Assembly: GCA_035285545.1 (NCBI GenBank) | Contig: JAYKGY010000053.1 | Span: forward strand, 1-51,852 | Direction of reading: 5' to 3' | DNA: 51,852 nucleotides | Origin: Snowella sp. | Lineage (GTDB): Bacteria > Cyanobacteriota > Cyanobacteriia > Cyanobacteriales > Microcystaceae | Shown: piece by piece, positions 31,433-40,196 of the stretch | Numbering within the stretch: the stretch's first letter is position 1 | How the letters are laid out: the number at the start of each line of letters is the position of its first letter | Made by a program: the position numbers and the translations under genes | The notes under the pieces: generated by a model | What the model was told of the DNA's origin: nothing | What the model saw: the letters and a program-made list of their open reading frames with translations, nothing else | The model's database searches: none

Positions 31433-31583
31433 ATTCCTGAATTCCTAACTGCGATCGCGGGCTGATTGTCAGGATCATTGCACCCATCAGTGAAAAAATA
31501 AAAATTTCACAGCGATCGCTCTTTAACGCTTTCTATTGTTAAATTACTTGATCTTGTATGCACGATAATATACATAATATGAC

Positions 31584-31871
31584 ATGAATTTCGATTGAGA
31601 TACCAACAAAAACCAAAGCAACCTCACCAAATACGGTATCAGCTTTGAGGAAGCGATCGCGCTATTCGATGATCCTGATGTTCTGACCTTTGAAGATGCT
31701 CGATTTAATTATGGGGAAACGAGGTTTATTTCAATAGGGCAAATAACGCTCAGCACTCAAGACAAGAAAGTAATCATCGTAGTTGTGCATACCCAAAGAA
31801 ATCAAACAATTCGTCTCATATCAGCCAGAAAAGCCAATGAACGAGAGAGAAAATGCTATGAGCAACCATAA
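31584..31871 (+). pseudogene. brnT: BrnT family toxin with a nonsense codon at position 5
   Basis: MNFD*DTNKNQSNLTKYGISFEEA...YGETRF.SIG...VVHT.R...IRLISARKA..RER..Y; TGA at 31596-31598 replaces the conserved Trp of F(E/D)WD. Confidence 0.85.
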
Positions 31872-32136
31872 ATTTTCACCTGAGCTATCCACTGAAGAGC
31901 GACAAGAGAAATTTCTAGCGATGTCCGATGAGGATATTGATTATTCAGATATTCCTCCCCTGGATGATGAGTTTTTCAAAAATGCTAAACGAGTTACACA
32001 ACGTTCCGAAACGGAGCAAATTAGTATCAGATTGGATACAGAAATCCTTGAGTGGTTCAGGAATCATGCCCAAGAAGAAAGTTATCAAACTTTGATTAAC
32101 GATGTACTACGAACCTATATTAAACATCAATCATAA
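31858..32136 (+). CDS. brnA: BrnA family antitoxin (RHH)
   Basis: DEDIDYSDIPPLDDEFF...ISIRLD.EILEWFR...YQTLINDVLR; start overlaps the brnT 3' end. Confidence 0.88.
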   Translation: MSNHKFSPELSTEERQEKFLAMSDEDIDYSDIPPLDDEFFKNAKRVTQRSETEQISIRLDTEILEWFRNHAQEESYQTLINDVLRTYIKHQS

Positions 32137-32218
32137 TAGCCAATAATTAATTGATAACTCATATAATGTGAGCGTTAGCAATCAATAACAGCGATCGCGA
32201 GTCACTCTCAACTTAAAC

Positions 32219-32644
32219 TTAAAACCCCAGAGATTGCAGCGCATTGAGGATTTTCTCCAGATAATCATCGGGACTGTCAACCACCTTTGCCGCACTGTAA
32301 TAGAGCATGGCGTTAAATCCCTGAGTATCTCCTGACACCCGAAAATCCGTTCTGACCGCGATCGCGGGGATACCTTGGCCCACCGCATAACCAAACTCCC
32401 AACAGGTTCCACTATCCGCATCCGCCCCATCCAAAATAGCAACTACAACCTTCGCAGCCCGTAAACCATTAAGACAAGTGTGATAAATTGCTTCTCCCTG
32501 TTTCCCGTTACATTCTTTTTGCGGCAAAAAAACTTGATAGCCTTTTTCCTGTAAGGCTTGACCGAGTTGGGCATTAAAATCTTGTTCCGCCTTGCTAAAT
32601 AAGGGTGCAGCCAAATAAATCTGAATTAGTTCTGTCTCAGACAT
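32219..32644 (-). CDS. nucleoside 2-deoxyribosyltransferase family protein
   Basis: IYLAAPLF and DSGTCWEFGYA motifs. Confidence 0.85.
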   Translation of the reverse strand: MSETELIQIYLAAPLFSKAEQDFNAQLGQALQEKGYQVFLPQKECNGKQGEAIYHTCLNGLRAAKVVVAILDGADADSGTCWEFGYAVGQGIPAIAVRTDFRVSGDTQGFNAMLYYSAAKVVDSPDDYLEKILNALQSLGF

Positions 32645-32685
32645 TGATAACGTTGGTCTTATTGGATGGTTAAAAATGAGTAACT

Positions 32686-32707
32686 TAGGGGCGTATTGCT
32701 TACGCCC
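32686..32707. repeat. REP-like palindrome
   Basis: TAGGGGCGTA-TTGCT-TACGCCC hairpin resembling cyanobacterial GTAGGGGCG...CGCCC REP units. Confidence 0.55.
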
Positions 32708-32785
32708 AGGATCACTAGGTAGAGGTCAGATAGCTTTTTGCATTGAATATACCTTATTTTCCTCTAGGAGATCAGAAGCCGCACA

Positions 32786-33838
32786 TTACAGAAGCTGATC
32801 GATCTGTTTAGCGGTTTCAAAGAAATGCCGCACATTGTCTTCGGGGGTTCCGACTAACACGCCATGACCTAAGTTGAGGATGTGGCCGCCTTTGCCTGCT
32901 TTGCGAACCGTATCAATCATGCGTTGGGTGATAAATTCGTGAGAGCCAAATAATACGCCTGGGTCAATATTACCCTGTACTTTCATCTCCAGCCCTAAAC
33001 GTTGACGAGCTTCGGCCATATCTACCGTCCAATCAACACTCACAATATCCACACCCGATTTGCCCATACGTTCTAATACGCCAGCACTACCGCTAATGTA
33101 AAGAATTAAGGGGGTGTCAGGATGGGTTTCTTTGACTTGACGAACGACTTGTTGTTGATAGGGTAAAGCAAAGGTATCGTAATCTTGGGGGCTTAACTGG
33201 CCTGCCCAGGAGTCAAATAATTGAACGACTTGCGCGCCACAATCAATTTGATACCGCACATAAACCGCGATCGCGTCGGCTAATTTGCTCAGGAAACTGT
33301 GGAGAATCGCCGGTTGGGTAAAGGCCATTTCTTTAATGACTTTATAATCCTTGGAGCTTTTTCCTTCAATGGCATAGGCAGCCAATGTCCAAGGAGAACC
33401 CACAAAACCTAATACGGTCGATTGATTGCCGACTTCCTGGCGTAGGGTTTTTAAAATGGTTTTAATAAATGGCAGGGCAGAATCGGGGTCAAGGGGATGG
33501 AGTTTATCCACCTGTTCTTGGGTACGAATGGGCGGATCGATAATGGGGCCACGGCTTTCGATAATATCAAAGGGAATGCCGATACCAGGCAATGGGGTTA
33601 AAATATCGGAGAACATAATCACCCCATCGGGTTGAAAAGCTCTCCAGGGTTGTAGGGAAATTTCGATGGCTAAATCAGCATTTTCTGACCGTTCACGGAA
33701 ACTCGGATATTTATCCCGCAGATCTCGATAGACTTTCATATAACGCCCGGCTTGCCGCATCATCCATACGGGGGGACGTTCTACCACTTCACCGCGAGCG
33801 ACTCTTAAAAGATAGGGAGTTTCCGATGCGTCTGTCAT
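32786..33838 (-). CDS. hemE: uroporphyrinogen decarboxylase
   Basis: [23 protein letters not shown] and ILNLGHG motifs. Confidence 0.98.
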   Translation of the reverse strand: MTDASETPYLLRVARGEVVERPPVWMMRQAGRYMKVYRDLRDKYPSFRERSENADLAIEISLQPWRAFQPDGVIMFSDILTPLPGIGIPFDIIESRGPIIDPPIRTQEQVDKLHPLDPDSALPFIKTILKTLRQEVGNQSTVLGFVGSPWTLAAYAIEGKSSKDYKVIKEMAFTQPAILHSFLSKLADAIAVYVRYQIDCGAQVVQLFDSWAGQLSPQDYDTFALPYQQQVVRQVKETHPDTPLILYISGSAGVLERMGKSGVDIVSVDWTVDMAEARQRLGLEMKVQGNIDPGVLFGSHEFITQRMIDTVRKAGKGGHILNLGHGVLVGTPEDNVRHFFETAKQIDQLL

Positions 33839-34006
33839 AAATAGCTCCTATAGTAATTTTTATGCCTTTGTTAGCTTATCATTTGGGGTTAGACCTCTGG
33901 TGAGATCCCCCCCTAATCCGTCACATGGGTTCACAATCACTCTAATGAAAAATCCACTGTGGTATGTTATGGTGATAAATAAAAGGATTTGACGGAGGAT
34001 TAGTCT

Positions 34007-34837
34007 ATGGTTACTCGTTTTTGGCCTTTATCGTTAGCCGCGATCGCGCTGAACTTGAGTTTTGCCCCGACTGCAAGAGCAGACTTTTGGCAAGATCTTT
34101 TCCAGGCAGGAAATAATAGTGCCTGTCGAAATCCCACGACCCAACAACAGGCTATTGCTTGTAATCAACGGTTTTATGTGGAGGGTGAAGTCAGTCAGGT
34201 TTTTTATGAGGTTACGGGAAGAAGTATTGATAATAATTCCCTACAGGTTTTAACCAATAATGTTTTAAACCGCAATTGGCAATATAACCAAGTAATGGAC
34301 GATATTATTAAGCATCACGGTGGCCAACGAGTGGCAAAATATACGAATCAACGCTTTAACCTCAATCAATTTGCCCAAACTAATCCGAATAATCCTTGGG
34401 GCAATACAACGAATAATGCCAATAATAATTACGGTGTAGGGCAGAAAGTGCGTCTGACGCAACGGGTGGATTTATTTGCCCAGCCGAATAGAAGTCAACT
34501 GATCGAACAGGTTTTTCCAGGGGAAGTCATTCTTATTTATCCCAATAGTCGTCGGGGAAATTATATCTACGCTCAAACTTTTCAAACTCAGCAAGGCGGA
34601 TGGATAGAAGTGAATAGTCCAGCCACAAACACGGGAAATTTGGGCGGCGATCGCGGGGAATTAATCAAGGTTAGTGTCCCGTCAGTGATTTTAACCCAAC
34701 CTGGTAGCGGTCGAGTCGTGCGGGAGTTAGCGCGGGGTGAAACCGTTCGGGTCTATTGGAATCGGCGATCGGGTAATTATGTTTATGTTGAAACAGCCGA
34801 TGGTCGGAGCGGTTGGACTCAAACCTTTAAAAAATAA
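34007..34837 (+). CDS. secreted protein with two C-terminal SH3b-like repeats
   Basis: signal peptide ending ARA; two repeats of QP...GE.V.(I/V)Y.N.R.GNY.Y.....G..GW. Confidence 0.6.
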   Translation: MVTRFWPLSLAAIALNLSFAPTARADFWQDLFQAGNNSACRNPTTQQQAIACNQRFYVEGEVSQVFYEVTGRSIDNNSLQVLTNNVLNRNWQYNQVMDDIIKHHGGQRVAKYTNQRFNLNQFAQTNPNNPWGNTTNNANNNYGVGQKVRLTQRVDLFAQPNRSQLIEQVFPGEVILIYPNSRRGNYIYAQTFQTQQGGWIEVNSPATNTGNLGGDRGELIKVSVPSVILTQPGSGRVVRELARGETVRVYWNRRSGNYVYVETADGRSGWTQTFKK

Positions 34838-34895
34838 AGGGTTAAGCTCTGTTGAACCTAACCCCCTGGTTTGACTTAACCGAATCAAAGCATTT

Positions 34896-36203
34896 TTAGG
34901 ATTGGACGCTATTCCAGGTCGCCGCAGCTTCCTTAATGGCTTGTTCTACCGTTTTTTGCTTCAACATAGCAGCTTGTAGATTCTCATAAATTGCCTTTTG
35001 TAATTGATTGAAGTCTTTCATCGGTGGAATTAATACTTCTGCATCTTTGAGTTGAGAGGCACTGACTTTGCGAGCTTGTTCTACGGGTGTGGTATTACCT
35101 GCTTGACTGAGTTCTGCCACATAGCGATCGAGGGCTTCTATGTTGGAAGGCAACGCATTACCCGTTTTGGTAAAGGCAAGTTGATTGTCGGCATTGGTAA
35201 CGAATAAAGCAAACTTGACAGCCGCCTCCGCCTGTTTACTACTACGGGGAATCACTAAATTCATCACGGCTACATTTTTCTTGCCCGTTTTACCCGTAAT
35301 TTGGGGAGCCACCGCCGAAGCCTTCGCGATCGTTGGCGCATTTTTCTCAATGGTTTTTAAGAATTCGGGACTCGAAGACAGCAAAGCAGTTGAACCCGAT
35401 TGGTACAATTCCACGGCATGGCGATGACCTTGAGTCAACACTTCAGGCGGTAATAACCCTTGTTGATAGAGATCAACCCAATATTTAAAAGCCGCTAATC
35501 CTTCGGGGCTATCAAAAGCTGCTTTTCCTTGCTCATCGACTAACTTAACCCCCATCTGTACAAAGGATTCCAAAACTTCTCCCGAATCTCCTGGGGAAAA
35601 GGTGACAAAAAAGGCATACTTGCCCGTTTTATCCTTAATAGTTTTAGCAATTTTCGCTAAGTCTTCGTAGGTAGCAGGCGGTTTATCAACTCCGGCTTGT
35701 TTAAATAAATCCTGATTGTAAAAGGTGACTCTGGTGGTTAGATACCACGGAATGCCAAAACTAACATCGTTTAAGGTATTGGCCTGCCAAATTTTGGGTA
35801 AATATTGTTTTTTAATCTCTGGCGTAATTTGCGTGTTTAGGTCTAACCAGGCATTTTTCCCTGCCAATTGAGAGGCAAAATTGGGATTCAAATTAACGAC
35901 ATCGGGGGCGGTTCCCGCGGAAATAGCTGTAAGAATTTTACTTTGCATCGCATTCCAAGGCACATCATCCCACGCAACTTTGACCCCAGAATTATCAGTT
36001 TGAAACGTCTTAATTAAATCATTAAAATAGGGCGTAAATTGGGGCTGGAGTTGCATTGTCCAAAATTGAATTCCCCCTTTATCGGCTCCTGTTTGCTGAG
36101 TAGTTGAAGAGGGTGGTGCAGACTGGCAACTAATGAGCCAACTGGTAAGTAAGCCGAGAAGTCCCCACAGCAGGAATTGCTTAATTTTTTTGAATGTTTG
36201 CAT
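34896..36203 (-). CDS. ABC transporter sugar-binding lipoprotein
   Basis: lipobox LISC; AGTAPDVV and GIPWY...FYN.DLF..AG motifs of SBP family 1. Confidence 0.9.
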   Translation of the reverse strand: MQTFKKIKQFLLWGLLGLLTSWLISCQSAPPSSTTQQTGADKGGIQFWTMQLQPQFTPYFNDLIKTFQTDNSGVKVAWDDVPWNAMQSKILTAISAGTAPDVVNLNPNFASQLAGKNAWLDLNTQITPEIKKQYLPKIWQANTLNDVSFGIPWYLTTRVTFYNQDLFKQAGVDKPPATYEDLAKIAKTIKDKTGKYAFFVTFSPGDSGEVLESFVQMGVKLVDEQGKAAFDSPEGLAAFKYWVDLYQQGLLPPEVLTQGHRHAVELYQSGSTALLSSSPEFLKTIEKNAPTIAKASAVAPQITGKTGKKNVAVMNLVIPRSSKQAEAAVKFALFVTNADNQLAFTKTGNALPSNIEALDRYVAELSQAGNTTPVEQARKVSASQLKDAEVLIPPMKDFNQLQKAIYENLQAAMLKQKTVEQAIKEAAATWNSVQS

Positions 36204-36312
36204 TAATCATCATCCCCAATAAATCGAAACTATTATACGGCTTTCAATCCCTGATCGAAATTTGAGTAAAGATTAATCGCGATCGCTGCTGTTTATTCAT
36301 GGCTTTCGGTTT

Positions 36313-36708
36313 TTATTCCCAAGTCAGGGTAATGTTTTCCGCTTCACAGTCTTTTTGGATAATTTCTAGCTTAGTTTTGCTGATTTGACCGAATAAATGA
36401 ATCCTTAGTCGATGATTCGGGTAATATCGCCCATAACTTTTAACTTGCCCGATTGCGCTTTTCCATCCTTTAGTGTTCTTTACCTCTATAATTTCGGTCT
36501 TAGTTAAAATATCAATTCTTCCAGAAGGCGTTGAAACTTCGGTTTTTCCATTGAGCTTTTTAGCCAAGCGATCGCGATACCATGCTTCGGAATGTTCGGG
36601 TGGTGGTGTTGGTGCAGGTTTAGGTTGACTTCCATTAAAGGCATTAATCAGATCAGCAACCCCTCTCCTGATAACTTTTTGGAAATCGTTTGGTTTATTT
36701 TTGGGCAT
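36313..36708 (-). CDS. PD-(D/E)XK-like nuclease domain protein
   Basis: E..YRD.L...EV.TP.GRIDIL...IIEVK....WK.AIGQ...Y restriction-endonuclease-fold pattern; ATG 36708. Confidence 0.65.
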   Translation of the reverse strand: MPKNKPNDFQKVIRRGVADLINAFNGSQPKPAPTPPPEHSEAWYRDRLAKKLNGKTEVSTPSGRIDILTKTEIIEVKNTKGWKSAIGQVKSYGRYYPNHRLRIHLFGQISKTKLEIIQKDCEAENITLTWE

Positions 36709-36751
36709 TATTGATAATGTTTCTTTTTCTTCTTCTTCCGTTTGCCCTTTC

Positions 36752-37159
36752 TTACTTTCCCCCGAATAATTTATACACTCCATAGCCTGCTAATCCCACA
36801 ACTGCTCCTACTGCTGCAACGGGAGCCATTGTTACACCAACTGCGGTTCCTGCAACAGCTAAACCCATTCCGCCTAATGCAGCCGATGCACCTGCGCCAA
36901 CGCCCGCACCGACCACAGCTGCACCGATTGCAGTAGCGTCTTGTTCTTCAATGGCTTTTTGAACACCATGCACCGCAGCCCCAGCAACCGCCCCCGCAGC
37001 AACGATAGGGGCCATACCGATTCCTATACCTGTACCCGCAACAGCTAAACCCATTCCTCCAACGGTAGCTGAAACACCCGCACCAATAGCCGCACCTGTT
37101 CCGATAGCAGTAGCAGCATCTTGAATGTCTTTATTTTCTTCGTTGTTTTGCTCACTCAT
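36752..37159 (-). CDS. glycine-zipper membrane protein with two 62-aa internal repeats
   Basis: repeated GGMGLAVAGT.....MAP....GAV.G unit; exact 20-bp DNA repeat at 36852-36871 and 37038-37057. Confidence 0.75.
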   Translation of the reverse strand: MSEQNNEENKDIQDAATAIGTGAAIGAGVSATVGGMGLAVAGTGIGIGMAPIVAAGAVAGAAVHGVQKAIEEQDATAIGAAVVGAGVGAGASAALGGMGLAVAGTAVGVTMAPVAAVGAVVGLAGYGVYKLFGGK

Positions 37160-37310
37160 AAGCTATTTTTCTTAATTGTGGATGTTATTTTTAATTTATC
37201 AGCTATTCAAGGGAAAATAATCAGTGATATTACCTAATTTTTTCTATACGGCTAATTAATTTGACAATGATAAACTAAGACAGTGATTTAATCGTTTATT
37301 GGTCAATCGA

Positions 37311-37607
37311 ATGCCCACAATAATAGATATTGGAACACTCGTTACCGATGACTTACAGCAAGGAAATAATGAGAAACATCGGCCCATGATTGCAGGGACA
37401 AATACATCTGTTCGTCGAGTTGTTGTGCTTTACAAGCAAGGAGCTACCGCCGAAGAAATTACTCGTCGTCTGAGCCATTTAAACCTTGCTCAAGTTTATG
37501 CAGCTTTGGCTTATTATCATGCTAATCGTGAAGCAATTGAGACAGATTTAGCTGAAGAAGAAGCAGAGTACTGGAAATTAGCCGCATTGCATAATCAACA
37601 AGCTTAA
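37311..37607 (+). CDS. DUF433 family antitoxin
   Basis: RPMIAGT..SV..VV.LY..G.TAEEI......L.LAQVYAALAYY. Confidence 0.85.
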   Translation: MPTIIDIGTLVTDDLQQGNNEKHRPMIAGTNTSVRRVVVLYKQGATAEEITRRLSHLNLAQVYAALAYYHANREAIETDLAEEEAEYWKLAALHNQQA

Positions 37608-37616
37608 GGAGTCACA

Positions 37617-37652
37617 ATGAGTCAAATTTGGGCGATCGCCAATCTGGATTAA
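37617..37652 (+). pseudogene. 5' remnant of a probable DUF5615 (PIN-like) toxin gene, truncated at a HIP1 site
   Basis: AAGGAG RBS plus ATG AGT CAA ATT (MSQI) right after DUF433, then HIP1 at 37632 and a stop; DUF433 genes are usually followed by DUF5615. Confidence 0.45.
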
Positions 37653-37674
37653 AACTAGCGATCGCTGCAAAACA

Positions 37675-39330
37675 TTAATTTAAAGCTTCAGTGACGATTT
37701 CTTGAGCTTCTTTAAAAATGCTCTGTAGATGCTCCTCACTCTTAAAGCTTTCCGCATAGATTTTGTAAACATTTTCTGTCCCTGAAGGACGGGCCGCAAA
37801 CCAGCCAGAATCCGTCGTGACTTTTAAGCCACCAATTGCCGCCTGATTACCAGGAGCTTTGGTCATTTTATCCACAATAGCATCGCCCGCTAAAGAAGAC
37901 GCTTTGACATCTTCGGGAGACAATTTACTGAGTCGGGCTTTTTGCTCAGGGGTGGCAGGGGCATCAACCCGTTGATAAATGGGATTACCTAAACGTTCGG
38001 TTAGGTCTTTGTAATGTAAGCCAGGATCTTTGCCTGTTTTTGCCGTAATTTCAGCAGCCAGCAGATCCATGATGATGCCATCCTTATCCGTTGTCCAAAC
38101 CGTTCCATTTTTCTTGAGGAAAGAAGCTCCTGCGCTTTCTTCTCCCCCAAAACCAAAGGAACCATCGAGTAAGCCATCCACAAACCATTTAAAGCCCACA
38201 GGCACTTCATAGACTTTGCGCCCAATTTCTTTGCCTACGCGATCGATCATGCTGCTACTAACCAAGGTTTTACCGATCGCACTGAGACCTGACCATTCTT
38301 GACGATGGGTGAACAGATACCAAATGGCAACGGAAAGAAAATGGTTGGGGTTCATTAAGCCCACACTAGGGGTCACAATGCCGTGACGGTCGGAGTCGGT
38401 GTCATTCCCAAAGGCAATATCGTAATCATCCTTAATCTTGACCAGACTGGCCATGGCGTAGGGAGAAGAACAATCCATGCGGATTTTGCCATCCCAATCC
38501 AAGGTCATAAAGCTAAAAGTCGGGTCAATCTTGGGATTAATCACCGTGATATTTAATCCGTATTTGGCCGCGATCGGTTCCCAATAAGCAATATTTGACC
38601 CACCCAAGGGATCAACCCCTAAACGCAGACCCGCAGACCGAATGACATCTAAATCAATAATTTTTTCTAAGTCATTGACGTAGGGAGTCACAAAATCATA
38701 CTCATGGGTCGTAGAGGCTTTTAAAGCCTTTTCATAAGTAACTCGTTTAATACCTTGATTTTTCTGTTTTAGCAGTTCATTTGCGCGATTCTGAATCCAT
38801 TTGGTCGCTTCCGGTTCAGCTGGGCCACCCGACGGAGGATTGTATTTAAAACCGCCATCGGCAGGAGGATTATGGGAAGGCGTAATAATGATGCCATCAG
38901 CCAGTCCCGTCGTTCTGCCCTGGTTATAGGACAAAATCGCGAAGGAAACCGCAGGGGTTGGGGTAAATTGGCTGTAATCGGTTGCAGTCGTTAAATAAAC
39001 ATTTACACCATTAGCGGCCAATACTTCTAAGGCTGTTTTTTGAGCAGGGGCAGAGAGGGCATGGCTATCCATTCCTAAAAAGAGCGGCCCATTAATGCCT
39101 TGACTAGCACGATATTCCGCGACGGCTTGGGAAACGGCCAAAATATGATTTTCGTTAAAGGTTCCTGAAAGGGAGGAGCCGCGATGGCCAGAGGTACCGA
39201 AACTGACTAACTGTAAAGGGTTTTCGGGATCAGGCTGAACGCTATAGTAGGCATCCAAAAGTTGAGTAACGTTAATTAAACTTTCACTAGGGGCAGGGGT
39301 TCCCGCTAAGGGATTCAGATTTGCTGACAT
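37675..39330 (-). CDS. pgm: phosphoglucomutase (alpha-D-glucose-1,6-bisphosphate-dependent)
   Basis: [26 protein letters not shown] and RPSGTE motifs. Confidence 0.96.
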   Translation of the reverse strand: MSANLNPLAGTPAPSESLINVTQLLDAYYSVQPDPENPLQLVSFGTSGHRGSSLSGTFNENHILAVSQAVAEYRASQGINGPLFLGMDSHALSAPAQKTALEVLAANGVNVYLTTATDYSQFTPTPAVSFAILSYNQGRTTGLADGIIITPSHNPPADGGFKYNPPSGGPAEPEATKWIQNRANELLKQKNQGIKRVTYEKALKASTTHEYDFVTPYVNDLEKIIDLDVIRSAGLRLGVDPLGGSNIAYWEPIAAKYGLNITVINPKIDPTFSFMTLDWDGKIRMDCSSPYAMASLVKIKDDYDIAFGNDTDSDRHGIVTPSVGLMNPNHFLSVAIWYLFTHRQEWSGLSAIGKTLVSSSMIDRVGKEIGRKVYEVPVGFKWFVDGLLDGSFGFGGEESAGASFLKKNGTVWTTDKDGIIMDLLAAEITAKTGKDPGLHYKDLTERLGNPIYQRVDAPATPEQKARLSKLSPEDVKASSLAGDAIVDKMTKAPGNQAAIGGLKVTTDSGWFAARPSGTENVYKIYAESFKSEEHLQSIFKEAQEIVTEALN

Positions 39331-39411
39331 GATGGCTTTCCTAAAGGGCTACTATACAGTTAACCAAATGTTTAGGGAAAACGAGCCATTAATTTTTAAA
39401 CTGTCGGTTTC

Positions 39412-39478
39412 ATCGCTGACCTTATCTCAATTTCTATTTCCAGAAGCAATCAAGACTTATGAAAATTTCCTGTATAAT
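39412..39478 (+). repeat. imperfect direct repeat copy A (promoter-like leader)
   Basis: ATCGCTGACCTTATCTCAA...AATCAAGACTTATGAAAATTTCCTGTATAAT aligns with 40050-40110. Confidence 0.5.
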
Positions 39479-39586
39479 TTATAATTAACGCGATCAGCCA
39501 TCTTGGATGGTTATTTAACAAAAAGTAATGCATTTTACTTTGAGAAAACGGTTTTTATTTAATCTTCATTTCTCCAAATCACTCCT

Positions 39587-39784
39587 ATGACAACCACTGA
39601 AATTAAAACCGCAGTCATGAATCTTAGCAAAACGGAGTTGCTCGAATTGCTCAACTGGCTAGAAGATTATCAAGAATCTGTCTGGGATAAACAGATAGAA
39701 GAGGATATGCAATCAGGTAAATTAGATTCTCTCATTGAAAAAGCCAGAAAAGAATTTAGAGAAGGAAAATGCCGTCAACTCTAA
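39587..39784 (+). CDS. putative antitoxin (addiction module component)
   Basis: EIK.AV..LS..EL..L..WL......WDKQIE.D..SGKLD.L pattern; overlaps the downstream toxin. Confidence 0.75.
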   Translation: MTTTEIKTAVMNLSKTELLELLNWLEDYQESVWDKQIEEDMQSGKLDSLIEKARKEFREGKCRQL

Positions 39785-40044
39785 ATCACTTCACAACATC
39801 TGACTTTTGGGAACTGTATTATCAGTTACCTCCCAAAATTCAAGACCTAGCGGATAAAAATTATGCTCTTCTTAAAGAAAATCCTAGACATCCCTCATTG
39901 CACTTTAAGAAAATTTGCGGTCTTTGGTCGGTTCGAGTGGGTAAACAATTTAGAGCGTTAGGATTTGAAGAACCTGAAGGAATTGTTTGGTTTTGGATTG
40001 GCTCTCATCAGGAATATGATGAAATTTTAAAGAAAAGTAATTAG
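39769..40044 (+). CDS. RelE/ParE-like toxin
   Basis: H.TT.DFW..Y..LP..IQ.LADK.Y.LLK.NPRHPSLHFKK...WSVRVG...RALG....VWFWIGSH.EYD. Confidence 0.8.
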   Translation: MPSTLNHFTTSDFWELYYQLPPKIQDLADKNYALLKENPRHPSLHFKKICGLWSVRVGKQFRALGFEEPEGIVWFWIGSHQEYDEILKKSN

Positions 40045-40049
40045 GTGCG

Positions 40050-40110
40050 ATCGCTAATTTCATCTTAGTGTTTCAGGGGAAATCGGGAATCATAAAAATT
40101 TCTGTATAAT
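40050..40110 (+). repeat. imperfect direct repeat copy B (promoter-like leader starting inside a HIP1)
   Basis: ATCGCTAATTTCATCTTAG...AATCGGGAATCATAAAAATTTCTGTATAAT; partial third copy at 40143-40160. Confidence 0.5.
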
Positions 40111-40196
40111 GCTGGTTTAGATAATTAGCTAAGCAATATTTGAAAAATCTCTGTGTAATGTTCAAAAATCACAATAATTTAGCCTTCTGAAGCCGT

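Noticed and set aside
31596..31598. TGA as selenocysteine or an alternative genetic code
   Set aside because: The position corresponds to a conserved Trp, and other genes in the window use TGG for Trp and TGA as stop. A simple nonsense mutation is more parsimonious.
31783..31857. N-terminal extension of BrnA in the ORF track
   Set aside because: It is an out-of-frame read of the brnT pseudogene; ATG 31858 fits the usual TA overlap.
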